Origin: Eledone cirrhosa
Taxonomy: Eukaryota
Assembly (NCBI GenBank): GCA_964016885.1
Contig: OZ024743.1
Location: 48,422,001-48,486,000, forward strand
Length of the DNA stretch: 64,000 bases
Reading direction: 5' to 3'
The first letter of the stretch is position 1. The number at the start of each line of letters is the position of its first letter. A program made the position numbers and the translations under genes. The notes under the pieces are model-generated. The model saw only the letters and a program-made list of their open reading frames with translations, did no database searches and was not told the origin of the DNA. Shown here piece after piece: positions 30,550 through 45,046 of this stretch.

Positions 30550-32008
30550 ATATATATATATAACTTAGTAAAACCATATTTGTACATACAAGATACTAAT
30601 TTTAGACATTATACATCACATTGTGTAACCAATGCACAAAGACAATTCTGCACACTACATGTGTAACATCAACATATGATATACCCATTATGTTTTACTG
30701 ATGATAAATCTTCATAAGCACCTAAACATTCACTACTGCATTAACTGCAAACTACACTAGAAAATACGCCTGTTCCCTAATTCCTCATCCATCTCTCTCA
30801 AGCTCTTCCCTATCTCCCCTTTCTCTCTCACACATATCATTACAGTGTATATAACTAAATGAAGCAATCCAGGAACTTTGTTTGTTTGTTTGTTTGTGTA
30901 AAAAATGATCATGATATGACTATTTTACAAACAATACTTAAGATCATCATACTAGCTTTCTCTGGGTACTACAAATTCCTGTTGAAACCCCAAAACAAAT
31001 TACACACCATCCAAAACAGTGCCCTCTACATTATAAAAGCCGTGTACATGCAGCCCCCCCCCCCCCCCCCCTATCTCCCCTCTCATTGACTATGCAATGA
31101 ACACTGTCCATGGCTGTAATCAAATCTAAACTATATAACCCCTGAAACTATATGTTCAACCATTTGCAAGCACTTAGATACATATGATAGGGTTGGTAGT
31201 GGGGCTTATTATTATGACATCAGAGGAAGCTGGCTAAAGCTATGACAAGCATGAACTCAAACAATAACATCAAGTTAGTAAATTTTGAACATTGTTAAAA
31301 GACTATTGATGAGCTCTTTGATGTGCTTGCCACTCCTGTCTGATATATAAACACAGAACATGCACATAAAAGAAAAAAAGTTTCAATGTTATTTTGTCTC
31401 ACTCCACTTGCTGAACATTTTGTTGAACTCTCAGCTACATATAATAAATCTTTAGAAATTGAAGATGGAAAGTTTGGAAATGGGACTGGTTTGGTGGATG
31501 AGTGAAGCATCACCCAGGTGTGTGTGTGTGACAGAAAGAGGACTCATAACTCCTGATGGAGTTGTAGGGGCGTCTTTGTCATTTTAAATCTGGCAGAGCC
31601 CATTCCCACACTATGTCTGAACACAGACAGTTTCTTCCAGAGGAAAGAGAGTGTAATAGAAAGGCAGTGAGGAAGAACCAACCCAGTATTGATCTGGTAC
31701 CTTTATTTATTGACAGCGAAGTTGACAAATAGAAGATAAATAATGACTTGCAGAAGATGATGGGAAATAAGCCAGAAGTGAATGTTGTGGGGAAAAAAAT
31801 GGGATAAGATGGTTGGTTTGTGTTTTGAGGAAGGATGAAAATGACTAGATTAGAGGATTGATGAAAATGAATGTTGAAAGACAAAAGATTATGAAGGAAG
31901 AAATGAAAGCCAAGAAGTTTGATGAGAAATGATACAAGTGGTAGGGGTAATAAGGCAAAATGGAGAAGCTTGTCATGCAGACCACAATGTTGTAACAGGA
32001 GAAATAGT

Positions 32009-32237
32009 TTAACCCTTTAGCATTTACATTACTCTATATTTACTATTGTATTTTTGTAGTAAAGGCTTTATCTTACATAATTATCCCACATAACATCGAA
32101 TCAACAGGATTTTAATATTATCTATTTTGAGAACAATACCTTAACATCAGTACAAGTGGCTAGTTACGGCTGGTTTGAACTAAAAGAGGTGAGAGAATTC
32201 TGGCCGGATACAGCCGGTTTAAATGCTAAAGGGTTAA
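32009..32237. mobile_element. TTAA-flanked MITE family 1 (piggyBac-type)
   Basis: TTAA-CCCTTTAGCATTTA ... TAAATGCTAAAGGG-TTAA terminal inverted repeats. Confidence 0.85.
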
Positions 32238-32558
32238 AACACTTTATTGTTGTTAAATCAAGACTGTCGTAAACTAAGTGCAACTTAATTAATTTTTACT
32301 GTACATAGTATCTCAACTTCCAAAACAGTTGGATAACAAACAATGTGACATTTATTGCTACACTGCACACATTGCTAAACATTGTTTGATGTATACCCTC
32401 GACTAGGCTGAAGCAAAGCATATCTATTTTTTCATCTAACTCTAAGCTATTTGCCTGTTTGTGCAAACATTGCTGTGGCTACTCAATAACAAGTGAATAT
32501 ACTTACCTTATTAAAATTTCAAAATTCAAATAACTTTATTTTTTTTCTTTTCTTTTGC

Positions 32559-32813
32559 TTAACCCTATCATTAACATATTTCCAATAAAAAAAACACTGC
32601 CTATGATTTTCAAATAATTTTGAAAATAATTAAGAATTTGGAGGGATTTAGTAATATAACTTTCACATCATTAAACTAGTTTTTTGGACATAACTTAACA
32701 AAAGTTCTCAAAAATTATGATGGGAAATCTTTAGGTAAATATAAACACTTTAAAGCAAACAGTTTTGCTTTGTAGAACCTGGACGGTTTCTGGTTTTGTA
32801 TCAAAAGGGTTAC
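32559..32813. mobile_element. TTAA-flanked MITE family 2 (piggyBac-type, ~250 bp)
   Basis: ttaaccct...atcaaaagggtta. Related copies at ~27192-27434, ~29100-29302, ~34030-34240, ~38100-38340 (-), ~39160-39320, ~44720-44984, ~46570-46802 (-), ~47119-47245 and 52715-52964. Confidence 0.75.
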
Positions 32814-35404
32814 ATATATCGAGACACAATCAGTACACAATTGTATTTCCTTTCATTTCTGAATCTGTGACCTTGTGCTTGTATAGGAAATCAATATTGA
32901 TTTCTAATTTATTTTCATCTCAATTGATTTAAAGTGCCAATATTTCATTCTTTATTCTTTCTGTATATTCTCATGCATACATTGCAAATAAATAAGCACA
33001 ATTTCAATTGTATCAAAAGACAAGTCACTTTATCTCAGCTCTTTCACTTATTATTTAATGTAATACTGATAAATTCATGAATTCAAATATTTATTTTTGA
33101 GATTTTATTAATATTTTCATCTATTTCCCATTAAACTTATCAATAAATTATTGAGTAAATAGTTTATGCTTCAGTTGCTAAAAACAACAACCTTTTTATT
33201 GGATATCTGCATGAAAGTGAGAAAGGATAATTATGTTGCAGAGAGAGAGAGATTTTGTATTTCCCATGTGGTTTAGCTTCTGATAGCTCTGAGTCTATAC
33301 AGGTTCTATGTACACACATTCCTTTTATCAGTTTCCAAATGTATGTAAATAAGATGTGATTCGTTAGCTTATCTGCAAGGTCAGTAGCTCCGTTGAAGTA
33401 ATTACGACCCATCCAGTACATGCCAGTATGGAAGAATAGTTAATGAGCAGTTACCTGTATTCTGCTTCTCATCAAAACATTAGAATTTGGAGACCATGCA
33501 AAATAAATAAAAAATGGTTGAGAATGGTTCACTGGGTATATCTGTCAGAAGGGAAGACACACAACATAATTTATAACAGGTCACTGAGAAGAATACTCAA
33601 ACATTGCTACCCCAATAATACAGGAAAACTCTCTGGGTTGCAGACCTCCAGCTGCATGATGCCTCATGATCCCAGTGGACATGGTGAAGGAGATATGTTG
33701 AAATAGTCATTCCTACTCATGGAGCTCACTCCTACAGGTAGCCCCAGCCCAAAGCAGTGAGTAAAGAGGTGGTCCAGGGACAAAGAACCATAATTAGAAT
33801 GCAGTTATTCTTCCAAGTATATTAAATCTTTGGTAAAGATTGTGGCATTGTTTCTGCGATATTCAGTTCTGTAACTTAAGATTCTGAATTCAAATTTTTC
33901 CTGGCTCAACTTTTTTTTTTTTTTTTTACTATTCTTTCCTGGTTACAAAATCAATGCTAGTAAGAGTCAGTTAACTGTAACTCCCTTCAAATTTAATTTA
34001 AATATTTTGACAGTTCATTAGAAATCTGGTAACACGAGGCTTAAATAAAATGAAATAATTCATTAATATTATTGAAAACTTTAGTAATCCTTTTTTTTTT
34101 TAAAGCTCATGTTTGAAATATAACAACATTTTCTGACTTAAAATTATAATAGAAAGTCTAAATTAAAATAAACGTTAAAATAAATAGCTTTGTATATAGA
34201 CTTAGAAACAGGGTGGTTTTAGGAGAGTTAGTATCGAGTTAAGACTGCAAAGAAATGTTCAAATTTGCATATTTATCTAATCCATCCCAATATGCAAAAA
34301 TGGGTATAAAAAATTGTATAATTGTCACAATCATCATCATCACCATCATATGCCTGTTTTTCTATTCTTGTAATAAGTAGGATAGGTCTTTTCCAGTGCA
34401 TCCAGCTGTAATACATTAATTTTAAAATGTTGTCATAGAGTTACGTAAAATAATTTTAACTAATTATTATCTATTATATTAAGGTGCTAATAATAGATTA
34501 CATACATATGGTAGGGATGGTAAAAGTGAACATAGAATAGTGGTAGAGGTGGCAGCAACCACCAATAAAAAAAAAAATAAAAAAAATTAATTTCTTTTTA
34601 TAGAAAATGGAATGGTAAGTGTGTGCGTATGTGTGCACACAAGAGACAGAGATAGCAAATTAAAATATGAGTTACTGTTTAAAACTTTGGTCATGCTGTG
34701 GAAAGATTGTGTGTGGGGGGGGGGGGGGGGGGGGAGTAGCAGCAGCTGCAGCAAATAGTGGTAATACTGAAAAATGTTTTAATACCTACACTACATAAAT
34801 TATACCATATAAAAAAGAGTTAACTTTTTGTAGTTTCTAGTCATTTGTTAAATTCATCCATTATTGTATATATTTTGTGTGTATATATAATGTATAAATA
34901 AAACACTTAAAATGTCATATTGATCTTTAATACTTAGTGGTTGTTGCTAATTAAACCATGGAATTTCTATGGTGTCAGCTAGTATTTGTGTGTTATTAAT
35001 TTTTATGATGACATTGTGTATAACTCCTGCAAACTTGTTCACTCAGACTTAGAGGCTATTGTACAGATTGGACTATGCTTTTAGAATTATTTTTGTTATC
35101 TCCTGATTAGTTTTTTGGATCTGAACAAACTATTTAGACTGTTCAGACATAGACATAGCTAACTAAAAGATTAGGACAATTTACAGTTATGACCTAGTTT
35201 TTGATAATTAATTTTAGTATACACTGACACTTATTGATTTTAGAAATACCAAAAGGCTAAAGTAACCATGACAATGCTGAATTACATAATCTTATACAAT
35301 TCTAGTTAATCCTTTGTTAGTCTTTAGTCACATGTGTGCTGGAACTGTTGCCCTAAGGTTAAGGGCTGATGTCACAGTATAACAACAGACAAGTACAGAG
35401 AAAC

Positions 35405-35460
<56 letters not shown>

Positions 35461-38400
35461 ACGCACAAACGTTTATATTTTATATTGATCATTTTTTAAC
35501 ATTTATGAATTTGGACCAACATTTTATAAAACCTGTGTTAAAAGAAATTGTAGGGAGGAAAAGGCTAACAACAATTTCTAACTTTATTGAAATCAACAGC
35601 AATTAAACTATTGATATGTCGAGATTTTTGAAAACAGTCTTGTTACATATTATTGTATGTACTTGTATATAAGCCAAGAAATAAGTGACAACAAAAATTG
35701 ATGGTAAAATGGGGGTTGGCTTATACTCAATTTTGCCAATTTTCACCAACTCCAAAATTCTGCATAAAATATTTTCTCTTTGGAGGGGAATGTTACACTG
35801 GTTTCACTTTTGATGTGAAATTCATATTTCCTTTTGTTTTTGATATTAGTAAAAAATCATTGTGTAATGGAGTTGTTATATGTATATTATATAGTTGTAA
35901 TGTATATTATAAATAGCTGTTGATTTTTTTTGATGGATTATAAAATATTTGTACGACTGGTTAACTCTTTTGATGCCAAACTCTCCCTAGTTCTACAATC
36001 CAAAGCTGTATATTTTAATTTAATATATTGTGTTCATGTATTGTCTTTTGCATGATTTTGAATTGGGGGATGAGGTATATATATATTTGATATTTTTTTA
36101 GATTTTGAAATCTTTATAGTTAGATGTTACAATCTGGATTGTTTCCACAGGTAAAAAATATCCACCATCATCATGTCCATTTTCTCTGCTGGCATGAGTT
36201 GGATGGGATTTTTTAGACTATATTTTACAGCTGTATACACTTCCAGATGCCTGCTCTTTTGGTTGCTTCTTATGGCACACATATAGTGCGCCTATTCTAA
36301 AAAAAACAAGATGCAGATTTTAGTTTAGGTTACAGGTGAACCAAACTATTCCACTGGTTATAATATGAAATATAATTTCAAATATCCAGTAGTTGATATA
36401 TTTAATCATTTTCCAACTTATGGCCATAGTTTTCATTTTGTTTTTATTCCTACTAGAATGTCTTTTTTTAGAATCCAATTAATTCAGACAGAAGCAGTTC
36501 AAGCTATACTAGTGAGGAATAAACATGTGTTGATATGAATATCATATACAAAGTATAACTTTAACCAGGATAAAATGTTCTATCCTCATGGTTAAACTTC
36601 TTTATTTTTTATATAGTTGTGAACTAAATTGGTTTGCATAATAGAAAATGCTTATATTAAAGTAAATTAGTATCTCTCTCATTTGACTAATTTCAATTAC
36701 TCTTTTCGTTAACATATATTTCTAGAAATATATATTTCTAATCTGTCTAGAAACATATATTTCTAATCTGTCTACAGATTGACACCTCTGAAAGTAGTCA
36801 GGTATATCAGCATCCAAAATCCAAATGTTGACTTAATGTTAAAAAAAAGAATAAAAATAGACAAAGTATCAATAAAAGCCACCAGTGCATTGAATGTGGT
36901 TCTTTTTATTTAATTATAGCCATATAATTCACTGTGGGAAGGAGGATTTCTTTCAAATCTATTATGACTTTCTATTCTTGCAACACTTTATGGATGTCAT
37001 TGAATACAGTCTTAAATCAACAATACATCAGGGATATTAACGTTTTTGTATTTCTTCTTATTTTTAGAGACAGTAGTGGTAGTGATGGTAACATTTTATC
37101 ATCACCATCATCATCATTTCTCATACAGTTGTTTTATATTAACTGAAATTGTATTCTTTCTTCCCATATGACATTGTGTATTGAATTTTATCAATAGTAT
37201 CCATAATTAGATACAGGATATTCTTTTGTTTAGTTTTGTTTGTTTTAAATTATGAATATTTTCAAGTGATGAAGATATTTCTCAGGTGAAACATTTTCTC
37301 AAATTTATTTTTGCTTTTCGATTTTTATTTTGGCACAAGGTCCCAAAATTGAAGGGACAGGGCACATTTAATTGGATTGTCCCTGAGTATGTGGCTAATA
37401 TTTATTTTATTGACCACTGGAAAGATAACATCCAAAATCATCTCTGCGAAGACTGGAACTCTTGACATAAGAATAAAAGCTAACCTTCAGTTATACTAAA
37501 AAAAAAGTAGTAATGATAATAAATAATGGTTTCTAGTTTAGGCACAAGACCACAAATTTTGTGGGGAGGCTATCTGTCCTCAGATTTCAAAACTTAATGA
37601 AGTCTGCTTTGCCTTTCAAACTTTAGTGGTTGATAAAACAATTACCAGTCTAGTACTAGGTTTGCCCCCCCCCCCCACCTATCTCTCTAAAATTGACTGG
37701 ATTCAAACCTGGAGATGGAATGGGCTCCACCAGGTTTATGATGCCCTGTATGTTACTATGGTGCTCTTATGACTCCACCAGAAGTTACATGTCTATAATG
37801 TAGTATGGTGGTAGAATGATAGAACACAGGAGTCTTTTACAGTATTAAATTTTATATTCAGAGATCTAATCTTGCCAATGCCTAGTTTGCACTTCATCAC
37901 CATAGTCAATAAAATATACCAGTAATATAACAAGTCAAATCAATTGACTATATATTCCTCCATAAATTTGAAAACCGTCTCAAAGTCGGATATTATTGTC
38001 ATAAGGTTGGAAATTTGATAAAATCATTTTTACATCTGAATGTCCAGAATTCAAATTATATTCTCAAAAGGTAAGAAAAAAAATATGCGAGATGATAAAC
38101 TGAGGTCAATTTGATACCAAAGTGTCTGAATCTGCCTCTGGTTTTATAGTATAAATCTTTAAAGTGTGTTTATATTTATTTAAAAAACCTTCCATCATCG
38201 TCTTATGTAAGAACCAAACACTAGATAAATAGTGAGAAAGTTATATAACTAAATCTTTCCAAATTCTTGATTATTTTTTAAATTATTTGAAAACGATAGG
38301 CAGTGTATTTCATTAGAAATATGGTAATGAAAGGATTAATGACAGAGGCAATGTATATCATTAGAAATATGGTAATGAAACAGTTAATCAACTATTTCTC

Positions 38401-39319
38401 TACACCCTACAAATTTGCCAATATGAGAAATTATCATCATATGTACCACTTTGGGCAAATGTCTTCTACTATAATCTTAGGCTAACCAATGGTAATTTGG
38501 TAGGTGGAAACTATGTGAAAGCCTGCTACGCATTCACATGTTCACACCTACATTTATATTTACTGTTTATGCTCCATAACAGTCGTTTAACAAAGAAAGA
38601 TATTGATAACATTAGTACCAAAACATAAAGAAGTCTGTATTTGGGTTGATATGACTAGATCCCTTCAAGGTGGTGACCCATCATAATTAAAACCAGTAAA
38701 AGAATATCAACATTATAATACATGTGCAGTCCTAGGGGACCAATAACGAAACCATTTAAATACTTCTATGTGTACTTAAAGAATTGAAAATATATTATTA
38801 GTGAAGATGAAAGTGGTTTCCTCTTAATCCTCCCCAGTTTAGTACCAGTCTAATTAGACCATATTGGCTGTTAAAAATTAATTACTTGTAGTTTTATTAA
38901 AACTAGATTAGTGAAAATAATTAGCATACTTTTAAATCAGAATACTGTTCAAAATTCTTATATTGCATTCATTCGGTAATAAGAAAAATTAGCTATTTTA
39001 GTTGTCTGGCTAATTACTTATTCTATGTAGAGGATAAACTCAGATAATTGCCTAAGAACTTTTACATAATTCTCTTTTTATAGATGGAGTAATAAAAATA
39101 ATACTGTGTGTGGGTGTTTATGAATGTACACACACACATAAAAAAAGGGAAAGACCTTTCCATACCATATTCCTATTGAAAGACTACCTACATTTTGGTG
39201 TTTGGAGTATAACTTAAATAAAATTATAGTGATGATTTTTAGATAAATATAAGCACTTTAAAACAGAGCAATGTATCATAGAACCAGGAGGGGTTTCAGG
39301 TGGTTTGGTTTCAAAAGGT

Positions 39320-41261
39320 TTAACCCTTTAGCATTCAAACCGGCTGTATCCAGCCAGAATTCTCTCACCTCTTTCTGTTCAAACCGGCTGTAACTGGCTG
39401 CTCATATTTATGTTAAGGTATTGTTATCAAAATCTCAGATTCGATATTATGTGAGATAAAGCCTTTACCACAAAAATATAAATATAATCATCATCACCGT
39501 TTTACGTCCGTTCTTCCACGCTAGCATGGGTTAGACGGGTTGTCCTGTTGTGGGCAGTGTCTGGTCGGCTGACCATGCCTTGCTCATACAGGAACTGATC
39601 TGGCTTGATTTCTACAGCTGGATGCCCTTCCTAACACCAACCTCATTTACAGTGAGTGCTGGGTGCTTTTTCGTGGCGCCTACACGTCCACTTTACAGTG
39701 TGGGCTGGGTGCTTTTTTGCCGTGGCACCTCCACGACCACCTTGCGGTGGGGGGGGGGGCATATTGTTTATATGCTTCAGCATGTACCCATGGGAGGTCG
39801 GGTACCCTGTATTACTGCGTGACGCCAGAAGTCACGGTCGTGTGTCATTGACTTTGAGAGGTGTAGTTGGGTAAGGTCGGCTCTTATCACCTCATCCCAA
39901 GTCATCTTGGGTCTCCCCACTCCGCGGTTTCCATCAACTTCTAGTGCTCTGCACCTTTTTATGCAGCTGTCATCCTTCATACGCATCACATGTCCATACC
40001 AGCGTAACCGCCTCTCCTGCACGCAGCATTTGATTCCTCTTATGCTCAGTCTCTCTCTCAATTCATTTATGCTTTGTCGTTCACGTATATTACTGTTACA
40101 CATCCATCGGAGCATGCAGGCTTCGTTTCTCTCTAATCTACGTAAGTCTTCCACCTTCAGCGCCCAGGTCTCACTACCATGCAACATCGCTGTTCGGATA
40201 CACGCATCATACAGTCTGCCTTTCATTCTGAGGGAGAAGCCTTTTGCAGCTAGCAGTGGTAGTAGTTCCCTAAACTTCTTCCATCCCGTTCTTACCCTAG
40301 TTATTGTACTTTCTGAGCACCCACCTCCGTTGCTAATTCGGTCACCTAGGTAGCAGAAGCTGTCTACTGTTTCTACAGGGCCCTCCCAGAGATTGGTGGT
40401 ACTTGTTTCCTGTGGCTGTTTGCTTGCTGTTTCAGCACAGCTGCTGCATGTGAATCCTACATTCTTAATTAAGCTTCCTGAGATCCCGCTACATCTCTTG
40501 TGTACCCATTGTTTGCATTTGGGGCAAAGAATGGAGTTCCTACCTACACCTTTCCTACATACTGAGCAAGGCCATTTCCCTGAGGGGATCTGGGTTCTGT
40601 TTTCTCGTCTACTTATAAGGACCTTAGTCTTTGTCATGTTGACTTTGAGGCCCTTTCTCTCTAGTCCCTGCTTCCAGGTTTGGAATTTATTCTCTAGTTC
40701 TACCATAGATTCAGCTATGAGTGCGAGGTCATCAGCATACAGGAGTTCCCATGGGCATCCGGTCTTAAACTCCTCCGTTATTGCCTGCAGGACTATGATG
40801 AACAGGAGAGGGCTAAGAACAGAGCCCTGGTGGACCCCAACCTGTACGCTAAATTCCTCGCTATACTCATTGCCAATCCTAACTTTGCTGACTGCTCCCC
40901 TATACATGGCTTGTACCGCTTTCACAAGCCATTCATCTACTCCTAGTTTTCTAAGAGCCCACCAGATTACTGCACGTGGAACTCTGTCAAAGGCTTTCTC
41001 AAGGTCGACAAATGCCAAGTAGAGTGGCTTACTTTTAGCTAGGTACTTTTCCTGTAATTGCCTCACAAGGAAGAGCGCATCAGTGGTGCCTTTCCCTGGA
41101 ACAAACCCAAATTGCATCTCGTCTATATTCACCCGGTCCCTAATCAGCTGTGCTATAACTCTTTCTGTTACTTTCATGACCTGGTCCATCAACTTTATAC
41201 CTCTATAGTTTCCTCTATCTAGTGCATCGCCTAGTGCATAATGTAAATGTTAAAGGGTTAA
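39320..41261. mobile_element. MITE family 1 copy interrupted by an RTE insertion
   Basis: TTAACCCTTTAGCATT at 39320 and AAATGTTAAAGGGTTAA at the far end. The body is the reverse complement of 32009-32237. Confidence 0.8.
39487..41231 (-). mobile_element. 5'-truncated RTE LINE, family B, open RT frame (471 aa)
   Basis: AFVDLEKAFDRV, GVHQGSVLSPLLF, YADD, PHD-like insert and RLRWYGHV, followed by a (CAT)n tail. Confidence 0.95.
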
Positions 41262-41489
41262 ACAGTGGCTTCATGATTTATACTATTAAATTCCTTTAGC
41301 CAGTAACAATGATAACATAAGCTGACATCATTTGGATGTAAACAGTCATTTTCAAACTCAATACCAGCAATCTGTAACACTTCTTACCTTAGCATCCATT
41401 TGACCACATACAAAATTGTTACACTGATTATTATTGTTATGGACTGTCTAACCATTGCAACATGTCCTTTCCACAAAATGTTGAAGAGT

Positions 41490-41867
41490 AGTGGCTTAGT
41501 GGTTAGAGCATTGGCCTTGCAATCGAAAGGTTGTGAGTTCAATTCTCAAACCGCGTGATGTGTTGTTTCCTTGAGCAAGACACTTTATTTCACATTACTC
41601 CAGTTTACTCAGCTGTAGAAATGAGATGATAGGACTGGGGTCCCTATCATTCCAGAGTGGTCGTGGAGGTGCCACAGCAAAAAAAGCACCCAGCCCACAC
41701 TGTAAAGTGGACGTGTATGCCCCACGGAAAAAAAGCACCCAGCACTCACTGTAAATGAGGTTGGTGTTAGGAAGGGCATCCAGCTGTAGAAATCAAGCCT
41801 GAATCAGTTCCCGTCCCACCCTTGCAAGCAGGGAAAAGCGGGCGTAAAATGATGATGATGATGATGA
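41490..41867 (+). mobile_element. tRNA/CORE-type SINE with RTE family-C tail
   Basis: Same family as 24813, with an extra cccacactgtaaagtggacgtgta unit. Confidence 0.9.
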
Positions 41868-42029
41868 TTAAAAAGAAGGTGAAAAGCAGAAATAGTAAAG
41901 TATCAGGAAAAGAATATTTTGCAGTATTTACTTATATCTTCTTTCAAATCTTGTCAAAGATTGTCTTTAACCTTTCCTGTTGTAGATAAAGCAATACCAG
42001 TTAAGTATTGGAGTTGGTTAAATTACCTA

Positions 42030-42970
42030 TGTACCAGAAGACCACCTACTCTTCAACATTTTGTGGAAAGGACATGTTCCAATGGTTAGACTGTCCATTT
42101 GCTGTCAATATCTACTGCTTGGAGAACTGAGCATGCCATGGCTGATGATGTGCAAATATGGTGACCAGGTGTTGTCTCTGCTCGCTAAACACTTGTTTCC
42201 TCAACCTGTCTGCTTGATGGAGCTGCAAACCTGGGTCAATCAAAGACCGAGAGGGAGTGCTTGGAAACAGGAATGTCTTCAAGTGCTCAAAACCCTCAGC
42301 CAGTCAGGCACTGTGATTGGTGAAAAATCCACTTTGGCATTTTATAGAGGGAAAAGGTGACATTCTTGGGGAGACTCTGGGTGTCAAAGATGATTAACTA
42401 GCTGTTCTCTTCCAGAGAACTTTCAATTTAGGGCTGATACATAACTTTCAGAAATCCCTGGCCTGGCATGCTACCAGGGAGCTTTGCCAGTTCAAGAGAA
42501 ACTCTACATTCATGGAAGTTGCATCAGCTGAACATGTTGATGTTCACTAGGCACTCATTCAGTGCCCGAGCATTGCTGACCTGTGCGTTTGTCAATCATG
42601 ATGACCATCAAGAGCAGGAAGTTTTTATATGCCCTGTGGCCATGGCAAAAGAGGTTGTTTGGTGGATGCAATTGAAGAGGCTGAAGACAAACACTTTCCT
42701 CTTTGGTGAATCCCTCATTAACTTCAAGTTTCACTAGAAGAGGGAAATCGGAGTGGAGAGGGAAGTATTGCCTTCCAGCCATTTTGATGAAAGGTGGACG
42801 AGAGAGGCAAGCATGATCTGAGTGAACAGGCTTGCTCTGAGTCAGCACTTGTAAATTGGAGTTGAAGAACTGAGAGAGAGAGGGTACTTGCTCTAGTGGT
42901 TAGAGTAACCATGGTTTTATGGAGAGGGGGTTCCACAAACAATTCTTGGACGTCTCTTCCCTATTGAGGA
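42030..42970 (+). mobile_element. Decayed L1/Tx1-clade LINE 3' region (inverted related fragment at ~43380-43600)
   Basis: LWKGHVPMVRLSICCQ..LGELSMPW (GGLGxP-like), YQGALPVQEKLYIHG (zf-RVT-like) and AKEVVWW. Confidence 0.6.
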
Positions 42971-43109
42971 ATGCTCATTGATAAATTTGTTTTCATTGTT
43001 ACTGCCTTTTTTTATTATTATTTCTGTTAAACCTGTTTACACACAAAACCACCACACACTCAATGATTTATCCTGGACCATCTTTAATATTTTCTTAACA
43101 TAAACACTT

Positions 43110-43365
43110 TGTGGTTAATAAAGAAATCATTATTTATTATTTTATTTTATTTACATTTTATTTTCATAGTGTGCTATCACTATATTGTCAAACAGAGCCC
43201 TGTGTACCTTGGGTATGTGTACTGTGTTGTTTTTGGCGGCGGTGGCGTTTTTATTATAGTGAAAGTACTCTTCATAATATGTGTGCCGTACCTAATAGTG
43301 TAATTTTCTGTATGCTGTATATATTTGTAAATGATGGGGTTTGGGTTATGTATTTGGTTATAGAA
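43110..43365 (-). mobile_element. R4/Dong-type LINE 3' end
   Basis: Minus strand IQKITLLGTAHIMK, a typical RLE-element C-terminus, followed by an AAT-rich tail. Confidence 0.6.
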
Positions 43366-43930
43366 GGATTTCTTTTATTTGTCAGAGAGGCATCAAATGG
43401 ACACATGCTGAGAGTAGACCCATTCACTTTTGTCAATTTTTACAACTTTCAGCCATCTTTTGATAAGTTTACTAGAGGAGAGCATCTTCCTCTTCATCTC
43501 TGCATTCCTTTTCAAGTGAAATTTGATGAGAAAAGTTCCTGTCTTCAGCCCATTCATCTCGTCCACCATGCACCTTTCTTTTCCAAAGTCACCCAACAGG
43601 AGCAGGCTGAGGGACAAGAACCTTTGTTAAGCTATGTTCGTACATCGACTCAGTAATGAGTTATTTTACTACCCTACCCCCCAGATCCTTGATATTTTAG
43701 AAATTAATTGAAACACAGACAATGAAAGCACATGACCTAGTGATTAAGATGTTGAACTCATCATATGGTTGTAGGTTCAATTCCTGGGCTGCACAGTGTT
43801 GTGTTCTTGAGCAAGATGCTTCATTTCACATTGCTTTTCATGATAGGAATGGGGCCTCTATGATTAAACACTCAAGAAACCTCCTACAAGATCTAACCTG
43901 CATGTGTGAACTGGGCTTTTATTAGAAATA

Positions 43931-44385
43931 CTAGCAAAAAAACGACTCTTTGGGTGGTTTTCTGCTAGCATGTATAGTGTGCATATTGATATTATACGCA
44001 AATATATATGCATGTCGATATGATACATAAAATAAAATCGTAATTGACAATATACACAAATTGAACGAAGTCTGCGTTACACTCTCAGTAATCAGTAAAG
44101 TAATCCATGATATATTTTTGAAAAAGGCGATATTAGGGAAAAAATTAGTGATGGAAATATATGAATGTTTATTTAAGAGATCGCCAACCGGAAGTGTTGA
44201 CATTTAAAAATTTTAAAGAAGTGAATCTTTAAATAAGCAATAAAATATATTTAATCAAGAGTTACGAAATTTAGTAGATAAATTGTAAGATTCATTCATT
44301 ATTTATTCAAAGTAATCCAACTTATTTTACAAACGGGATAAAAAAATATATTCTGGACGCAGTCCTTTCTTTATTATAGTTAAGA
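43931..44385 (-). mobile_element. Non-autonomous Helitron
   Basis: Minus strand A|TCTTAACTATAATAAAG ... GCTAG|T: canonical TC/CTAG termini inserted at an AT dinucleotide. The subterminal hairpin is imperfect. Confidence 0.7.
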
Positions 44386-45046
44386 TGGTTACAAAATGGT
44401 TAAATTGTCCTTATATTCTATTGTAAAACAGTTTGACATTTCACAATAGTCTCCCAAAGTCTAAGAATCAGCACCATGTAAGCTAATCTTTAGCTGTATA
44501 TCTGAAGCCCCACATAGCTGTTATTAGAAAGATTATAATGTATTGTATGCCCTGACTGATAAAAGATGATTTATAAACTTTGATTAACACAAAAGACAAA
44601 CTATGAATGTGAAGTCTGTTTTGGAATTAAAATAATGGATTGAGTTAATTTCACTATTGATAAGAAATACTCTATGGTAAATAGGTTTATGTTTACTGGA
44701 AACAATGTAATGTCATAAACACTTTCATTATTATATTTCTAATAAAAGACTCTGCTTATGATTTTCAAAACATTTTGGAAATATTCAAGAATTTGGAAGG
44801 ACTAAGCAACCTTTTCATGATTAAGTTGGTGTTTGAAGCATAACTTAAAGGTTCTTACATAATATTACAGTGGAAAATCTTTAGATAAACACTTTATAAT
44901 AAATAGTTTTGTATTTGTAATCAGGGGTAGTTTTGTATTTGTAACCAGGGGTAGTTTTAGGTGATTTGGTATTAAAAGGGTTAATTAAATTTTAAATAAG
45001 GACTTGTTTAATTTTTTTTATATTAGTTTATTTGCATAAGTAGATT

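Noticed and set aside
36102-36150. Possible 49-nt exon (ttttttag...cag|gtaaaa)
   Set aside because: Not a multiple of three, no B56 similarity, and such signals are common in AT-rich introns.
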